This document shows positions 20,984 to 31,519 of a stretch of 64,000 nt of DNA, piece after piece. Position 1 is the stretch's first letter. Every line of letters begins with the position of its first letter. Under the pieces are notes generated by a model. The model was not told the DNA's origin and ran no database searches. It saw nothing but the letters and a program-made list of their open reading frames with translations. The position numbers were made by a program, and so were the translations under genes. This DNA comes from a bacterium (GTDB lineage: Bacteria > SAR324 > NAC60-12), in the NCBI GenBank assembly GCA_965233585.1, contig CBDDTI010000746.1, forward strand, positions 448,001-512,000. Reading direction: 5' to 3'.

Positions 20984-21816
20984 TCTATGTTATGACGCTT
21001 TTTAATGATTTTAGTGACATCTCCTTTTCGGTACAATACGAAATCCTCAAGAGAGGTGATTTTCTTGGTCTTGCCATTGCTCTCAAATACAGTGATTTTA
21101 TTGTAATTCATCCAATAATCATCAAACCATTTCTCTCCCAGTTTAGCAAACATTCCATTGCCATTAATAATATCATCAATGTTGTTAACACTCCCAATGT
21201 TAGCTGTATTTCCACTGCCACTCTTATCACTGGCAATACGCCATTTTTCTGCAACAAAAAATTGGAAGTCTTTTATCACTGAAGCTATGGACTGTAAATC
21301 ACTTACCCTATGCGCTTTTGTTTCATCAATAGTTGAGTTATCAACTCTGCTGTAAATAATTCCTAAACAAAAGTGTCCTGAGTATTGACCATAAGGAAAT
21401 TGAATATTCTTAGTACTTGCACGATCTTCAAAATACTTACCATGCGAACCCAAAGTAAAGCCATTGCACAGAAAAGGTTTATTAGGATTTTTATAGGTCG
21501 TTTTAAAGTCCACAGCAAATTTGATTTTTTCATTACCCATTTTCACAAATGAAATATCAGGATAATAGTTTTGGTGATCTGCCAAGACAATCTTGTATTT
21601 ATGCTTCTTGGCAAATTCTATGATTTTGGGAAATAAATGAATTTCCAAAATTTTTGATATGATTTTTGTGTCTGAAGAGATGGTATAAATATTTTGGAAT
21701 ACATCAATAAAGCCCTTGATTGTCCATTGACCATTTGGTGTGCTTATATATTCTTGTAAACCATCAACGAACTCTTTTAATTGCATTTCAAATTCTGTTT
21801 TAATCTTTTGATTCAT
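20980..21816 (-). CDS. EcoRV-family type II restriction endonuclease
   Basis: [40 protein letters not shown] motifs; start at MNQK just inside the attC-defined cassette; 4-nt overlap with the methylase. Confidence 0.92.
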   Translation of the reverse strand: MNQKIKTEFEMQLKEFVDGLQEYISTPNGQWTIKGFIDVFQNIYTISSDTKIISKILEIHLFPKIIEFAKKHKYKIVLADHQNYYPDISFVKMGNEKIKFAVDFKTTYKNPNKPFLCNGFTLGSHGKYFEDRASTKNIQFPYGQYSGHFCLGIIYSRVDNSTIDETKAHRVSDLQSIASVIKDFQFFVAEKWRIASDKSGSGNTANIGSVNNIDDIINGNGMFAKLGEKWFDDYWMNYNKITVFESNGKTKKITSLEDFVLYRKGDVTKIIKKRHNIE

Positions 21817-21831
21817 GGTAATGATTTCACC

Positions 21832-21889
21832 GCATAACGACAAAATCTAGCAAGCGGGCTAAAGCCCATCTGCTGGAGTCATGTTCTGG
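21832..21889 (-). mobile_element. attC-like site (58 bp) upstream of the R-M cassette
   Basis: Minus strand CCAGAAC-ATGACTCCAGCAGATGGGCTTTAGCCCGCTTGCTAGATTTTGTC-GTTATGC with central inverted repeat. Confidence 0.6.
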
Positions 21890-21946
21890 GCTTGAGTTGA
21901 GATTGACAAAAATTAGATAAATATCGTTATTATTTTATATTTACTT

Positions 21947-22744
21947 TCAATCCTTCTTACCTTGTAAAAAGATTTCCAACCCAACCAGTTTGTCTAAAAT
22001 ATAGATGGTGATGAGTGCCATCACAACATACACGACAGACACAGCCGCTAAATCTGGAGTAATGATAGAACGTATAGAATTATAAATTTGGACAGGAAGC
22101 GTCACAATTCTAGCGTCTGTCAAAAAGAGGCTGACCAAAAATTCATTAAAAGCCAGAATAAACATCAACAATGCCCCCGTGATGATGCCCGGTGCCAATG
22201 CTGGTATGGTGATGGTGAAAAAAACTTGCACGGGATTGGCTCCGCAATTTGCCCCAGCTTCTTCTAACTGCGTGTCTAATTTGTTGACTGTTGCACTGAC
22301 TGTCCAGATCATAAAAGGTAGATTGATGATGCAAAGCCCTAATCCCACAGGAAAGAGGCTGCCCAATATTCTGATTTCACCAAAAAACAACATCATTCCA
22401 ATCCCAGAGACCACCAAAGGAATTGTGAAGGGTAGCAATAAATAGACTTGTAAGGCTTTTTCAAACCTCACTTTGTAACGCATCAATGCTAAGGCACACA
22501 AAGTGCCTGAAGGAATGCTGATGATTGTGCAGATGACAGAGACGTATAAAGTCCGCCAAAAAGCGTCAATAAATTCCTCCAGCTCAAACAGCTTGGCATA
22601 CCATTGAAGGGACAAGCCACGGGGAGGAAACTCCAAAATCTCTCCTGCAGTCAAAGACGCCCCAATGATAATGACAGTAGGCAGGCTTAACATGATGACA
22701 ATGCCAATCACAATGGGATAAAGCACTTTGTTTTGATGACTCAT
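21947..22744 (-). CDS. ABC transporter permease (PotC-like)
   Basis: FPP.GLSLQWY, EAA-like loop LEEAGANCGA, TLPVQIY. Confidence 0.9.
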   Translation of the reverse strand: MSHQNKVLYPIVIGIVIMLSLPTVIIIGASLTAGEILEFPPRGLSLQWYAKLFELEEFIDAFWRTLYVSVICTIISIPSGTLCALALMRYKVRFEKALQVYLLLPFTIPLVVSGIGMMLFFGEIRILGSLFPVGLGLCIINLPFMIWTVSATVNKLDTQLEEAGANCGANPVQVFFTITIPALAPGIITGALLMFILAFNEFLVSLFLTDARIVTLPVQIYNSIRSIITPDLAAVSVVYVVMALITIYILDKLVGLEIFLQGKKD

Positions 22745-23634
22745 GTTCGTTCTCCAAGTAAGGTGCTATGAGTGCCAAAGATTCTGAATAAAATCACGAC
22801 TAAAAGACTCCCAATGGTGACTAATATCATGGAAATTGCTGACCCCAAACCTGCATTAGAAAGTTGGAAAAAGCTGTCATAGACACTGCTTGCTATAAAA
22901 TCATTCTGACCACCTCCTAAAATTTCTGGCATGGCAAAATCTGTTAAGGTGAGTGTAAACACGACAACACAAGCCCCGACGATTCCCGGTTTGGCAAGAG
23001 GAATGATGACTTGGAATAAGGTTTCACCCCAACTAGCCCCTAAACTTTCTGACGCCCATTCTAAGTCTTCACTGATGGCTGTCATTGCTGGAATCAGTAG
23101 CAACACCGCAAAAGGTAGCATGTATTGAATTAAACCAAAAATGACTGCAGGGTAGTTATAAATCAAAGTCAAAGATTCCACCCCAAGAACATTCAAGATT
23201 TGGTTCAAAATGCCTTCTTGACCAAGAATGATAAGCCACCCATAAGCCCTGACGACTTGACCAATAAAAAAAGGCAAAAAAAGTGTGATGAGTAAAAACT
23301 TTCTCATCATTGCAGAACGGCATCTGACCAAGACGTAAGCATAAGGGAATGCAAGAATGAGTGTAAAAAAGGTCACCAACACTGCACCCAAAAAGGTACG
23401 CCAAAGGACTTTTAGATTGGTTGGCTCAAAGAATTCTAAGTAATTGGACAAAGTGTAGGCTTCCTTCAGCCGATAAGTCGCAAGGTCTAGTTCATGTAAA
23501 CTTGCCTCCAAAATATAACCAAGCCCTATGACTAAAACGCCCACTAAAGCAATAGCAGGCAATAAAAAGCCAAAGGGAATCCAAAATTTTTGGTAAGGTG
23601 ATTTAGCAAACATGAACTTTGACCTAACTCCCAA
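22741..23634 (-). CDS. ABC transporter permease (PotB-like)
   Basis: VRAYGW..IL..EG.LN, LEWASESLGAS, P.ILGG. Confidence 0.9.
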   Translation of the reverse strand: MGVRSKFMFAKSPYQKFWIPFGFLLPAIALVGVLVIGLGYILEASLHELDLATYRLKEAYTLSNYLEFFEPTNLKVLWRTFLGAVLVTFFTLILAFPYAYVLVRCRSAMMRKFLLITLFLPFFIGQVVRAYGWLIILGQEGILNQILNVLGVESLTLIYNYPAVIFGLIQYMLPFAVLLLIPAMTAISEDLEWASESLGASWGETLFQVIIPLAKPGIVGACVVVFTLTLTDFAMPEILGGGQNDFIASSVYDSFFQLSNAGLGSAISMILVTIGSLLVVILFRIFGTHSTLLGERT

Positions 23635-23644
23635 TCAGTTGACT

Positions 23645-24766
23645 TTATCCTTTGAAGATTTTGTTAAATTCTCTAAACCAAATCGGCTGATTTTCAACAA
23701 GGACAGGGGAAGGCACGCTGACCAACTTTGCAAAATCTTCAGGCTTGGTTGGATAAGAGGGGTCTCCCACTAAGTCAGCAGGGGGTTCAATTCCCGGATA
23801 AACAGGAGGTAAGCCCAGCAAAGAACACCATTTTTGTTGAGCATTTTTGCTGATTGCAAAGTTGACTAACTCCTTTGCCCAATATTCTTCATTTTCAGGC
23901 AGTCCTTTTGGAATCCAAAGCCCATCAGTATCTACTTTGCAACCCTCCTGTGGAATTGTCCACTGGACGTCAATCCCTTTTTGTTTGGCGGCTCTAGCAT
24001 TGACTGAAATGGTGCAAGCCACGTCAATCTCACCTTTCTGAAACCACGTGGTAAAGTCAGGGTCTTCACCAAGCAAGGGTTCATTTTGCTTGAGCAAGCG
24101 ATAAAAGTTGTAGCCTGCCTCCATATTTTTAGGAATGTCTTCAAAAGTTCCACCGCCTGCAATCACAGCAATCGGGTTAAAGCCGATACCGTCATCGTAG
24201 AGAGCAGAACGTCTTTTGAATTTGGGATTTAATAAAACATTCCAAAATTTAGGAGGACCATAAGGAAAGGCTTCTGTTCGGTAAGCACAAACATAGACAT
24301 AGGCATAAGTATTGACCAATGGGTAGCCTGTTAAGCCCTTAGGCTTTGCCAATGGGAGTAAATTTTTAAGATTGGATAAACCGCTTAAATCCACAGTCGC
24401 ACCCCTTAATGCTGAAATAGTGGCATTCGTGGTGGTATCCCAGTTGACATGAATAGGGGGAACTCGTCCCTGGTCCACAGCCGCCCAAATCTTAGGCTTA
24501 ATTTCATTGTCTTCTGTAAAATCTAAGCGGACTTTAACTCCTGTTTGCTCAGTGAACGGGTCAGTCACTCCTGCCTTCAGAGCTTCTCCCCACGAGCCAC
24601 CCCATGCACGAATGATCAACTCCTTAGGTTTTCTAGGTGCTGCGCTTAAAATAGAGGGCATGACCATTGCCCCAGCGGCAGTCACGGCGACACCTTTGAC
24701 AAAATCCCTTCGGTCTATTTCATTAGTTGTAGCTTCTTTTTGATTTGACAAATTAGATGTTTTCAT
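23645..24766 (-). CDS. Polyamine/PotD-type solute-binding protein with Tat signal
   Basis: DRRDFVK twin-arginine signal; WGGSW..A....V..PF...TGV; PQEG. Confidence 0.88.
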   Translation of the reverse strand: MKTSNLSNQKEATTNEIDRRDFVKGVAVTAAGAMVMPSILSAAPRKPKELIIRAWGGSWGEALKAGVTDPFTEQTGVKVRLDFTEDNEIKPKIWAAVDQGRVPPIHVNWDTTTNATISALRGATVDLSGLSNLKNLLPLAKPKGLTGYPLVNTYAYVYVCAYRTEAFPYGPPKFWNVLLNPKFKRRSALYDDGIGFNPIAVIAGGGTFEDIPKNMEAGYNFYRLLKQNEPLLGEDPDFTTWFQKGEIDVACTISVNARAAKQKGIDVQWTIPQEGCKVDTDGLWIPKGLPENEEYWAKELVNFAISKNAQQKWCSLLGLPPVYPGIEPPADLVGDPSYPTKPEDFAKLVSVPSPVLVENQPIWFREFNKIFKG

Positions 24767-24830
24767 AATCTTTTCTCTTGTTAGGATAAATAAAAATACA
24801 ATTAAAAATGGGTTAAAAAAATCAATATTG

Positions 24831-25940
24831 TTATGTCACAGCACCCTCCTTTGACAATAGTGGAAAGAGATGAATGTCTTTTGCATGACAACCTAACTGC
24901 ACACTCGCCCCAATTTCTAAAAGTGTATGCTGGTGATGTAGCAAAACCGACAAAGATTGACCGCAAGCAGAGATTTTATAGACGATTCTGTCCCCTTCAA
25001 AAATCATCTGTTCTACAAGACCTTGCCAGACATTGTCAAATGGCTGATTCTGTGTGGAATCCTCCCCTGTGACGATGTGCAAATTTTCTGCTTTGATGTT
25101 GCAAAACAAGGGGTCTCCTGCCTGAACGTTTTTAAGCAGATTTGTAGATTTCATTTCAGTCTGGAAAGCATTGAATCTGATACATGTTTGGTCAATAGAC
25201 TGAATGTGAGCTTGAAAGGTATTGCTTAACCCTATAAAATTTGCCACAAAAAGCGTTTGAGGTTTTTGATAGACCGCAGTAGGTTTGTCATGCTGTTCTA
25301 CTTGAGCCTCATTCATTACCACGATATGGTCTGACATGACCAGAGCTTCTTTTTGATTGTGTGTCACATTGATTGTCGTGATTCCTAATTCCTGTTGAAT
25401 GCGTCTAAATTCCAGTTGCATCTCTTCTTGGAGTTTTTTGTCTAGTGCTGACAAAGGTTCGTCTAACAACAACACATCTGGACTAAAGGACAAGGCTCTT
25501 GCAATGGCAATACGTTGTTGTTGACCCCCAGAGAGTTCATGGATTCTTCGGTCTCCTAAGCCTTCCAGACGGACTAACTTCAAATAATGTTGAACAATTT
25601 CAGGAATGTCCTGTTTGGGAAATTTCCGCATTTTCAAAGGATACGCAATATTTTGTGAAGCGTTCATGTGTGGAAACAAAGCCAATTTTTGAAACACCAT
25701 GCCGATAGAACGACGATGCGGAGGAAGGTTTTCACTAGACTGTCCATCAATCAGAATATGCCCCTCATCAGGAGAATCAAACCCTGCAATAATTTTGAGC
25801 AGTGTCGTTTTACCACAGCCACTAGGTCCAACAATCGTCAAGAACGTACCTTGGTCAACTACAATACTGACGTTTTTTAAGGCTTGCAACGTCCCAAAAG
25901 ATTTAGAGATGTTTTGAATTTCAATCATTTTACATTTCAA
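24831..25940 (-). CDS. ABC transporter ATP-binding subunit (PotA-like)
   Basis: GPSGCGKT, LSGGQQQR, LLLDEPLSALD, C-terminal TOBE-like region. Confidence 0.93.
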   Translation of the reverse strand: MKCKMIEIQNISKSFGTLQALKNVSIVVDQGTFLTIVGPSGCGKTTLLKIIAGFDSPDEGHILIDGQSSENLPPHRRSIGMVFQKLALFPHMNASQNIAYPLKMRKFPKQDIPEIVQHYLKLVRLEGLGDRRIHELSGGQQQRIAIARALSFSPDVLLLDEPLSALDKKLQEEMQLEFRRIQQELGITTINVTHNQKEALVMSDHIVVMNEAQVEQHDKPTAVYQKPQTLFVANFIGLSNTFQAHIQSIDQTCIRFNAFQTEMKSTNLLKNVQAGDPLFCNIKAENLHIVTGEDSTQNQPFDNVWQGLVEQMIFEGDRIVYKISACGQSLSVLLHHQHTLLEIGASVQLGCHAKDIHLFPLLSKEGAVT

Positions 25941-27265
25941 CCATGATGAGCGTTTTCAGATTTAATATATTCAAAAAACTTGACAAAGTCATCACTTCCT
26001 TTGAGGGGTTTTTGTGCCGCTTTTATAGCTTGGCAGAATCCGATGAGGGAGCTTGTTGGATTGTGTGATGAATCAGGAGTAACCAATAAATTCATCACTA
26101 AGATAGGACAGGTAAAAAGTGCCAAACGGACGGTTCTTTCAAATGTCTCAAACGGAATGTCTTCTTTCAAAGCCTTGTACAATGGCTTCCAAAAATTCAC
26201 TGCTTTAGAAGTCAAAAATCCTTCTCTAATGTCGCTTAGAATATAGTTTGTTTCCACACAAATTTTATCTTGTTCTACACAAGCCTTGACGTCATAGTGC
26301 TGACTAAAAAAGTCGGGTTCGTAAAGCCAAAAAGGGTGTGCAAAGATGTTATGAAAAGTCGCTTTCACTTCTGCTAATAAGGCAGGAATTTGGGCATTGG
26401 CAAAAGCTGGGTCAAATAGACTAAAGGTCTGGTCTTCATGCAGCCAGACGTTCGCATGGTGGGCATCGCCATGTGAGTTAAAAGCAAAACCGGGCAACAG
26501 TGCCTGAGGGGTCAAATCAACAAGGCAGGCTTCTAAACAACTTTTTAAAGTTTCAGGATAATCTATTTGGTTAATAGACCACTTCAAATCAATCAACTCC
26601 TCAAAAGGAAGACGAAGGACTTCTCCATTGAAACCTTGAAAGACAGCCGTTTGATTTTTGTAAAATGACTGAATCCGCCCTCCGATTTCTTCATAACAAG
26701 TAGGAGGTTTTGACAAATCATTGACTAAACGGTGATAAAAAAGTTGGAAAATAGGTTGATGGATTCCTTCAATCCCTTGAGTTTGATGTAATGTCTTCAA
26801 AGCAATTTTGGAAAAGTATTGGTCTATTTTTTCTTCAATCGCAATCAATTCATTTGCATTGAAAGAGCGATTTTCTTTTGAGGACTTACCTTTTTCATAG
26901 TCTGAACAAACATCAGCAAATCTGGAGTCTTGAATACGTTTGTAAATGACAATTTGTTGGTTTGGTGTCGTGTTTGAAAATAAAGGTTCTTGGACTGGAT
27001 AGCCTGCCTCTTTGAGAACCTTGGCTTGATAATACTCGCTGACTTGTTCCTTTTCATTTTCTTCTGTATGGAACTTAAAAAAATACTCGTTAGCATGGTG
27101 GTCGCTCATCAAACCATTGACAGAATTGAGGCTATACTGATCCTGATTGATACAGAGATTTTGCACTACAAGAGGTGTGGTGTCCTGAATCAAATGTTTC
27201 AAAGCTGAAGTTGCACCTGAAAGGTCTTGGTTTTTAATCAACTGATGAATGCTTTGCGTATCCAT
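25937..27265 (-). CDS. APH/choline-kinase-like phosphotransferase fold protein
   Basis: YFFK (VAIK-like), HGDAHHANV catalytic loop, downstream LFDP. Confidence 0.65.
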   Translation of the reverse strand: MDTQSIHQLIKNQDLSGATSALKHLIQDTTPLVVQNLCINQDQYSLNSVNGLMSDHHANEYFFKFHTEENEKEQVSEYYQAKVLKEAGYPVQEPLFSNTTPNQQIVIYKRIQDSRFADVCSDYEKGKSSKENRSFNANELIAIEEKIDQYFSKIALKTLHQTQGIEGIHQPIFQLFYHRLVNDLSKPPTCYEEIGGRIQSFYKNQTAVFQGFNGEVLRLPFEELIDLKWSINQIDYPETLKSCLEACLVDLTPQALLPGFAFNSHGDAHHANVWLHEDQTFSLFDPAFANAQIPALLAEVKATFHNIFAHPFWLYEPDFFSQHYDVKACVEQDKICVETNYILSDIREGFLTSKAVNFWKPLYKALKEDIPFETFERTVRLALFTCPILVMNLLVTPDSSHNPTSSLIGFCQAIKAAQKPLKGSDDFVKFFEYIKSENAHHG

Positions 27266-27289
27266 GTTTATTTGGTTTTTTTAGAAACT

Positions 27290-28812
27290 CTAAAGAATCC
27301 CATAATCGTTTAATTTTCCAGACATCAGCAATTCATAGATGGCAGAAATATCATCAGCAAAGTAGCGGTCTTTCTGATATGAAGGTACTTTTGCACGAAT
27401 GATTGCTTTTTTTTCTTCCAACACCGCACTAGTTTTGAGGGGTGTTAGAAAATCTAATCCTTGGGTTGAGGCTAATGCTTCAATCGCTAAAATATGAGCC
27501 ACATTTTCATTGATGCTTTGCAGACGCCTTGCGGCATAAGTCGCCATACTGACATGGTCTTCTTGATTGGCTGAGGTCGGAATGCTGTCCACGGTGCTTG
27601 GATGCGCCAGTGATTTGTTCTCACTTGCCAATGCGGCGGCGCTGACTTGAGCAATCATAAACCCAGAGTTTAACCCAGAGTTTTGCACTAAGAAGGGAGG
27701 ATGTCCGCTTAAATGTTGGTCAATCAACATCGCAACTCTCCTTTCTGACATACTGCCAATTTCAGAAAGTGCAATCGCCATCAAATCAGCTACCATGCCA
27801 ACAGGTTCTGCATGAAAGTTGCCCCCAGAGATAATTTCTTGAGTCTCATCAAAAACAAGAGGATTGTCAGACACTCCGTTTGCTTCTCTCATCAAGATTT
27901 GACCCGCATGCCTTAAATTATCCAACACTGCACCCATGACTTGAGGTTGACACCTCAGACAGTAGGGGTCTTGTACCCGCTGGCATACTTCTCCTTGATG
28001 GCTTGACCAAATAGGGCTGTCTTTCAACAAATGACGCAAATAAGCAGCAACTTCTTTTTGCCCCTCTTGATTTCTGACATGGTTGATGTTCTCACTAAAA
28101 GGAGCATGCGAGCCTTTGATAGATTCCAAAGTCAACGCCCCTACGACCAATGCAGAACCAAAAAGTCGCTCTGCAGTCAAAAAAGCTGAGAGGGCTAGGG
28201 CATTAGAAACTTGAGTTCCGTTGATCATGCCCAGACCTTCTTTGGCACTGAGAGTCAAAGGAGAAAGCCCAACTTGTGCTAATACTTCTTGAGAGTCTCT
28301 TGTTTGACCTTGATAGCAAACTTTGCCAATTCCTATCAAGGCACAAGTCAAATGTGCAAGAGGGGCTAAGTCGCCAGATGCTCCAACAGACCCTTTTTCA
28401 GGAATGATTGGATAAATTTTTTGATTGTAAAACTCAATCAATAAATCTATCAACTCCTTTCTGACCCCAGAATAACCAGCAGCTAAGCTGCAGGCTTTGA
28501 GTACCAAAATCAATCCAACAACTCTGTCATCTAGCGGCTGACCCACACCTGCAGAATGAGAAAGAATTAAATTTTTTGTAAAATACTTAAATCTTGCTTG
28601 GCAATTTTGGTGTTAGCCAATAATCCAAAACCCGTATTGATTCCATACACTGCCTTGTCAGATTCTGCTTTTTGTTGCACCAGCTCATAAGCTGCTTGGA
28701 TTTTGCCGTCATTTTCATCAGACAGCTTCACTGGTGTTTGATGAAAGTAAATGGCTTTCAGTTGTTCTATGGTAACGTCTTGAGGTTTGAGGGTGAGTTT
28801 AGCTGTGTTCAT
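27290..28812 (-). pseudogene. hutH: Histidine ammonia-lyase split by a 1-nt frameshift
   Basis: N-part VYGINTGFG (28567..28812) and C-part GSVGASGDLAPLAH, QDPY.LRC, GGNFH, ANQEDHVSM (27290..28546); adding one A to the A6 run (T6 at 28572-28577) restores LQKNLILSHSAGVG. Confidence 0.88.
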
Positions 28813-28906
28813 TTGAAATTAGAAAAAGAATTGAGGTAGAAAAGTAGTGATGTTTGGCATGAACTAAAAGCGATATTTGGTCTAATTCAAGACCCAAAAT
28901 ATAGGA

Positions 28907-30487
28907 TTAAACCGATAGACATAAACCTTTGAGAAAATGACTAGTTTTTGAAATATCATCAGACATGAATCTATCACTATCAAAAAAGGGAACAATCTTT
29001 CTAAACATTTTCAGCAAAGATTTGGTTTTCTTACCAATCTTTAGATTAGCCGATTTCTGCTGACGAAGATCAATTGCCTGAGCTGCATGGAATAGTTCTA
29101 TGGCAAGAACAATGAAACTATTGTCAATTTGGTTCTGAACATTGGTCGCTACCATAACGGAATTAGTTCCTATGTCTTCAAGACCTCTTGCAAGTGGCAA
29201 ATAATCAAATGACGAAGGCATTGCCAAAGAACGAATTTCAGCAGAAACTGCCAACATTGGAATTTCCAGAGCAACCAACGAATGCTGAGTTTCATCATGG
29301 CTCAAATAACGTGGCAGTCCTGTGAAATAAGGGTCAACCAATTTAGTAACCCTTTGTGCTGAGGCACTCGCCATGTGAGCAATAAGGATGGATAATTCTT
29401 CAAGAGCTACGACCCAAAAGACTGGGCAAAAATTCCCCGTAGGTAGAACTGCACCACCATCTGTATAGAACTTCTTGGCAATTTGCAATTCAGAGGTTGG
29501 TTGTGACCCAACAATAACAGTTGGATTATCATCAGAAGAATTAATTTGTAGGCTAAGTAAACCCTCCAATCTATCCAAATTAGACCGCATAGCTGCCAAT
29601 AAATGAGGTCCATTGCGAAAACTCAGTGCATCTTGAAAGGGACGACTGGTGTCTTCGTCCCACAAATAGCTACCTTTCAATATGTCTAATAGCTCACGAG
29701 ACGTTTCCTTCAAGCCTGGGAATGCTCTTTGTCCAACCACATCAGGTAAAATTGGTGTTATATTGCCATTTACGGCTTCTAAGCTAGTGGCAAAAACTAA
29801 ATGACCAATGCTACAAAGTTGCTTTGCTTCAAACAATAGAAGGACTGCTTTGGCTGCCGCATATGAATTATTACTGAGAATAGCTAATCCGTCTTTAGCA
29901 AAGGGTTTGAGTGGTTCTTTTTTTGTGAGTTTAAGTGCCTCATAGGCAGTCATTTTGACTCCCTTGTAATACACTTTGCCATCGCCAATCATAGCAAGTC
30001 CCACATGACTCATCAAGACGACATCACCAACACCAACAGACCCCTTACTAGGAATAACAGGGCAAATATCATGATTAATAAAGTGGATAAACATATCCGC
30101 AACAGCAGGACTAACGCCGGGACCACCAGTTAAAATGGTATTCAGCCGAATTGCCATAGCTGCCCGCACTAGCTTCGTGTCGCTATCTGGTCCAACTGCC
30201 ACTGCATGAGAACGCAAAAGTCCAATATTGTATCTAACAGAGGCTTGAAATACTTCTGGGGATATTTCACCTTTGGCATTGACCATTTTACGATCTTTAT
30301 TAAGACCTACCCCAACAGTCAAACCATAAATGTCATGCCCAGCCATGGTGGCATTCAGTAAAACCTGATGCGCCTTTTCAACACATTCCAAGGCATCAGC
30401 TGATACCAACACTTGTTTCCCATTAGCGATTTTCACAATATCTTCAATACTTGCTATCGCTTTTGTCAGTTTGACACACTTATCCAT
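28907..30487 (-). CDS. HAL/PAL-family lyase lacking the MIO tripeptide (ergothionase/trimethylhistidine TMA-lyase-like)
   Basis: IYGLTVGVGLNKD loop, GSVGVGD instead of GSVGASGD, KDGLAILSNN, QDALSFR, NSSDDNP, GNF. Confidence 0.8.
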   Translation of the reverse strand: MDKCVKLTKAIASIEDIVKIANGKQVLVSADALECVEKAHQVLLNATMAGHDIYGLTVGVGLNKDRKMVNAKGEISPEVFQASVRYNIGLLRSHAVAVGPDSDTKLVRAAMAIRLNTILTGGPGVSPAVADMFIHFINHDICPVIPSKGSVGVGDVVLMSHVGLAMIGDGKVYYKGVKMTAYEALKLTKKEPLKPFAKDGLAILSNNSYAAAKAVLLLFEAKQLCSIGHLVFATSLEAVNGNITPILPDVVGQRAFPGLKETSRELLDILKGSYLWDEDTSRPFQDALSFRNGPHLLAAMRSNLDRLEGLLSLQINSSDDNPTVIVGSQPTSELQIAKKFYTDGGAVLPTGNFCPVFWVVALEELSILIAHMASASAQRVTKLVDPYFTGLPRYLSHDETQHSLVALEIPMLAVSAEIRSLAMPSSFDYLPLARGLEDIGTNSVMVATNVQNQIDNSFIVLAIELFHAAQAIDLRQQKSANLKIGKKTKSLLKMFRKIVPFFDSDRFMSDDISKTSHFLKGLCLSV

Positions 30488-30499
30488 AGTATTTATATG

Positions 30500-31519
30500 T
30501 TAGTTTGAGGTCACCATAGCCTCAACAGTGTCGTGTAGATTGATGTATCCCACAGATTCGCCAGAATCATTGACAACTTGGGCTTGGCTTTTTTTTGAAC
30601 GCACCATGGTACTCACTGCTTTTTCAATGAAGGTATCTTCCGTTACTGTGACCGCATCTGAAAGATTAATATTTTTTTTGAACATGATAGATTTCACAGT
30701 GACCACTTGACCTCGGTTCACATCCTTTACAAAATTACGAATATAGTCATCAGCTGGGTTAAGAATAATATTCTCTGCTGTCCCCTTTTGAATCACAGAG
30801 CCATCTCTGAGAATAGCGATATTATCACCTAATTTGATGGCTTCATCTAAGTCGTGGGTAATAAAGATGATTGTTTTTTTCAACTCCGCCTGAAGGTTTA
30901 GTAATGCCTTCTGCATATCAATACGAATCAACGGATCAAGTGCAGAAAATGCCTCGTCCATCAATAGAATCTCAGCATCATTAGTCAATGCACGAGCTAA
31001 TCCGACCCGTTGTTGCATACCTCCTGATAGTTGCTTGGGATAATGGTCTTCAAAACCTTCTAAGCCTACCCTTACAATCCATTTTTCAGCTTGTTTAAGG
31101 GCTTCTTTTTTAGGAAGACCTTGAATCGTCAAGCCGTACGCTGCATTTTCAATGACTTTGCGATGGGGAAGTAGTGCAAATTTTTGGAACACCATTGCTG
31201 TTTTGTAACGTCGGAAGTGACGTAATTCAGAAACTGACATGTTACAGATGTCAACGTCCTGATACAGAATTTGACCAACAGTGGGTTCCACCAAACGGTT
31301 AATATGACGAACGAGGGTAGATTTTCCAGAACCAGACAATCCCATGACCACCTGAATTTTTCCAGATTTGATGGTCAAATTAATATCTTTCAACCCTAAA
31401 ACGTGACCGTGTTTTTCGTTCAACTCTACTTTAGATAGTCCGTTTTTGACATCATCAATATAACGTGTGCCGTATGGTCCAAAAATTTTGTATAAATTTT
31501 CAATCCTAATATCATTCAT
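30500..31519 (-). CDS. Betaine/proline/histidine ABC transporter ATPase (ProV/HutV-like)
   Basis: MGLSGSGKS, LSGGMQQRVGLARAL, DEAFSALDPLIR, C-terminal CBS-like region. Confidence 0.92.
   Translation of the reverse strand: MNDIRIENLYKIFGPYGTRYIDDVKNGLSKVELNEKHGHVLGLKDINLTIKSGKIQVVMGLSGSGKSTLVRHINRLVEPTVGQILYQDVDICNMSVSELRHFRRYKTAMVFQKFALLPHRKVIENAAYGLTIQGLPKKEALKQAEKWIVRVGLEGFEDHYPKQLSGGMQQRVGLARALTNDAEILLMDEAFSALDPLIRIDMQKALLNLQAELKKTIIFITHDLDEAIKLGDNIAILRDGSVIQKGTAENIILNPADDYIRNFVKDVNRGQVVTVKSIMFKKNINLSDAVTVTEDTFIEKAVSTMVRSKKSQAQVVNDSGESVGYINLHDTVEAMVTSN

Noticed and set aside
21817..21843. Upstream start of the restriction endonuclease
   Set aside because: Begins inside the attC-like site; ATG at 21816 fits cassette structure
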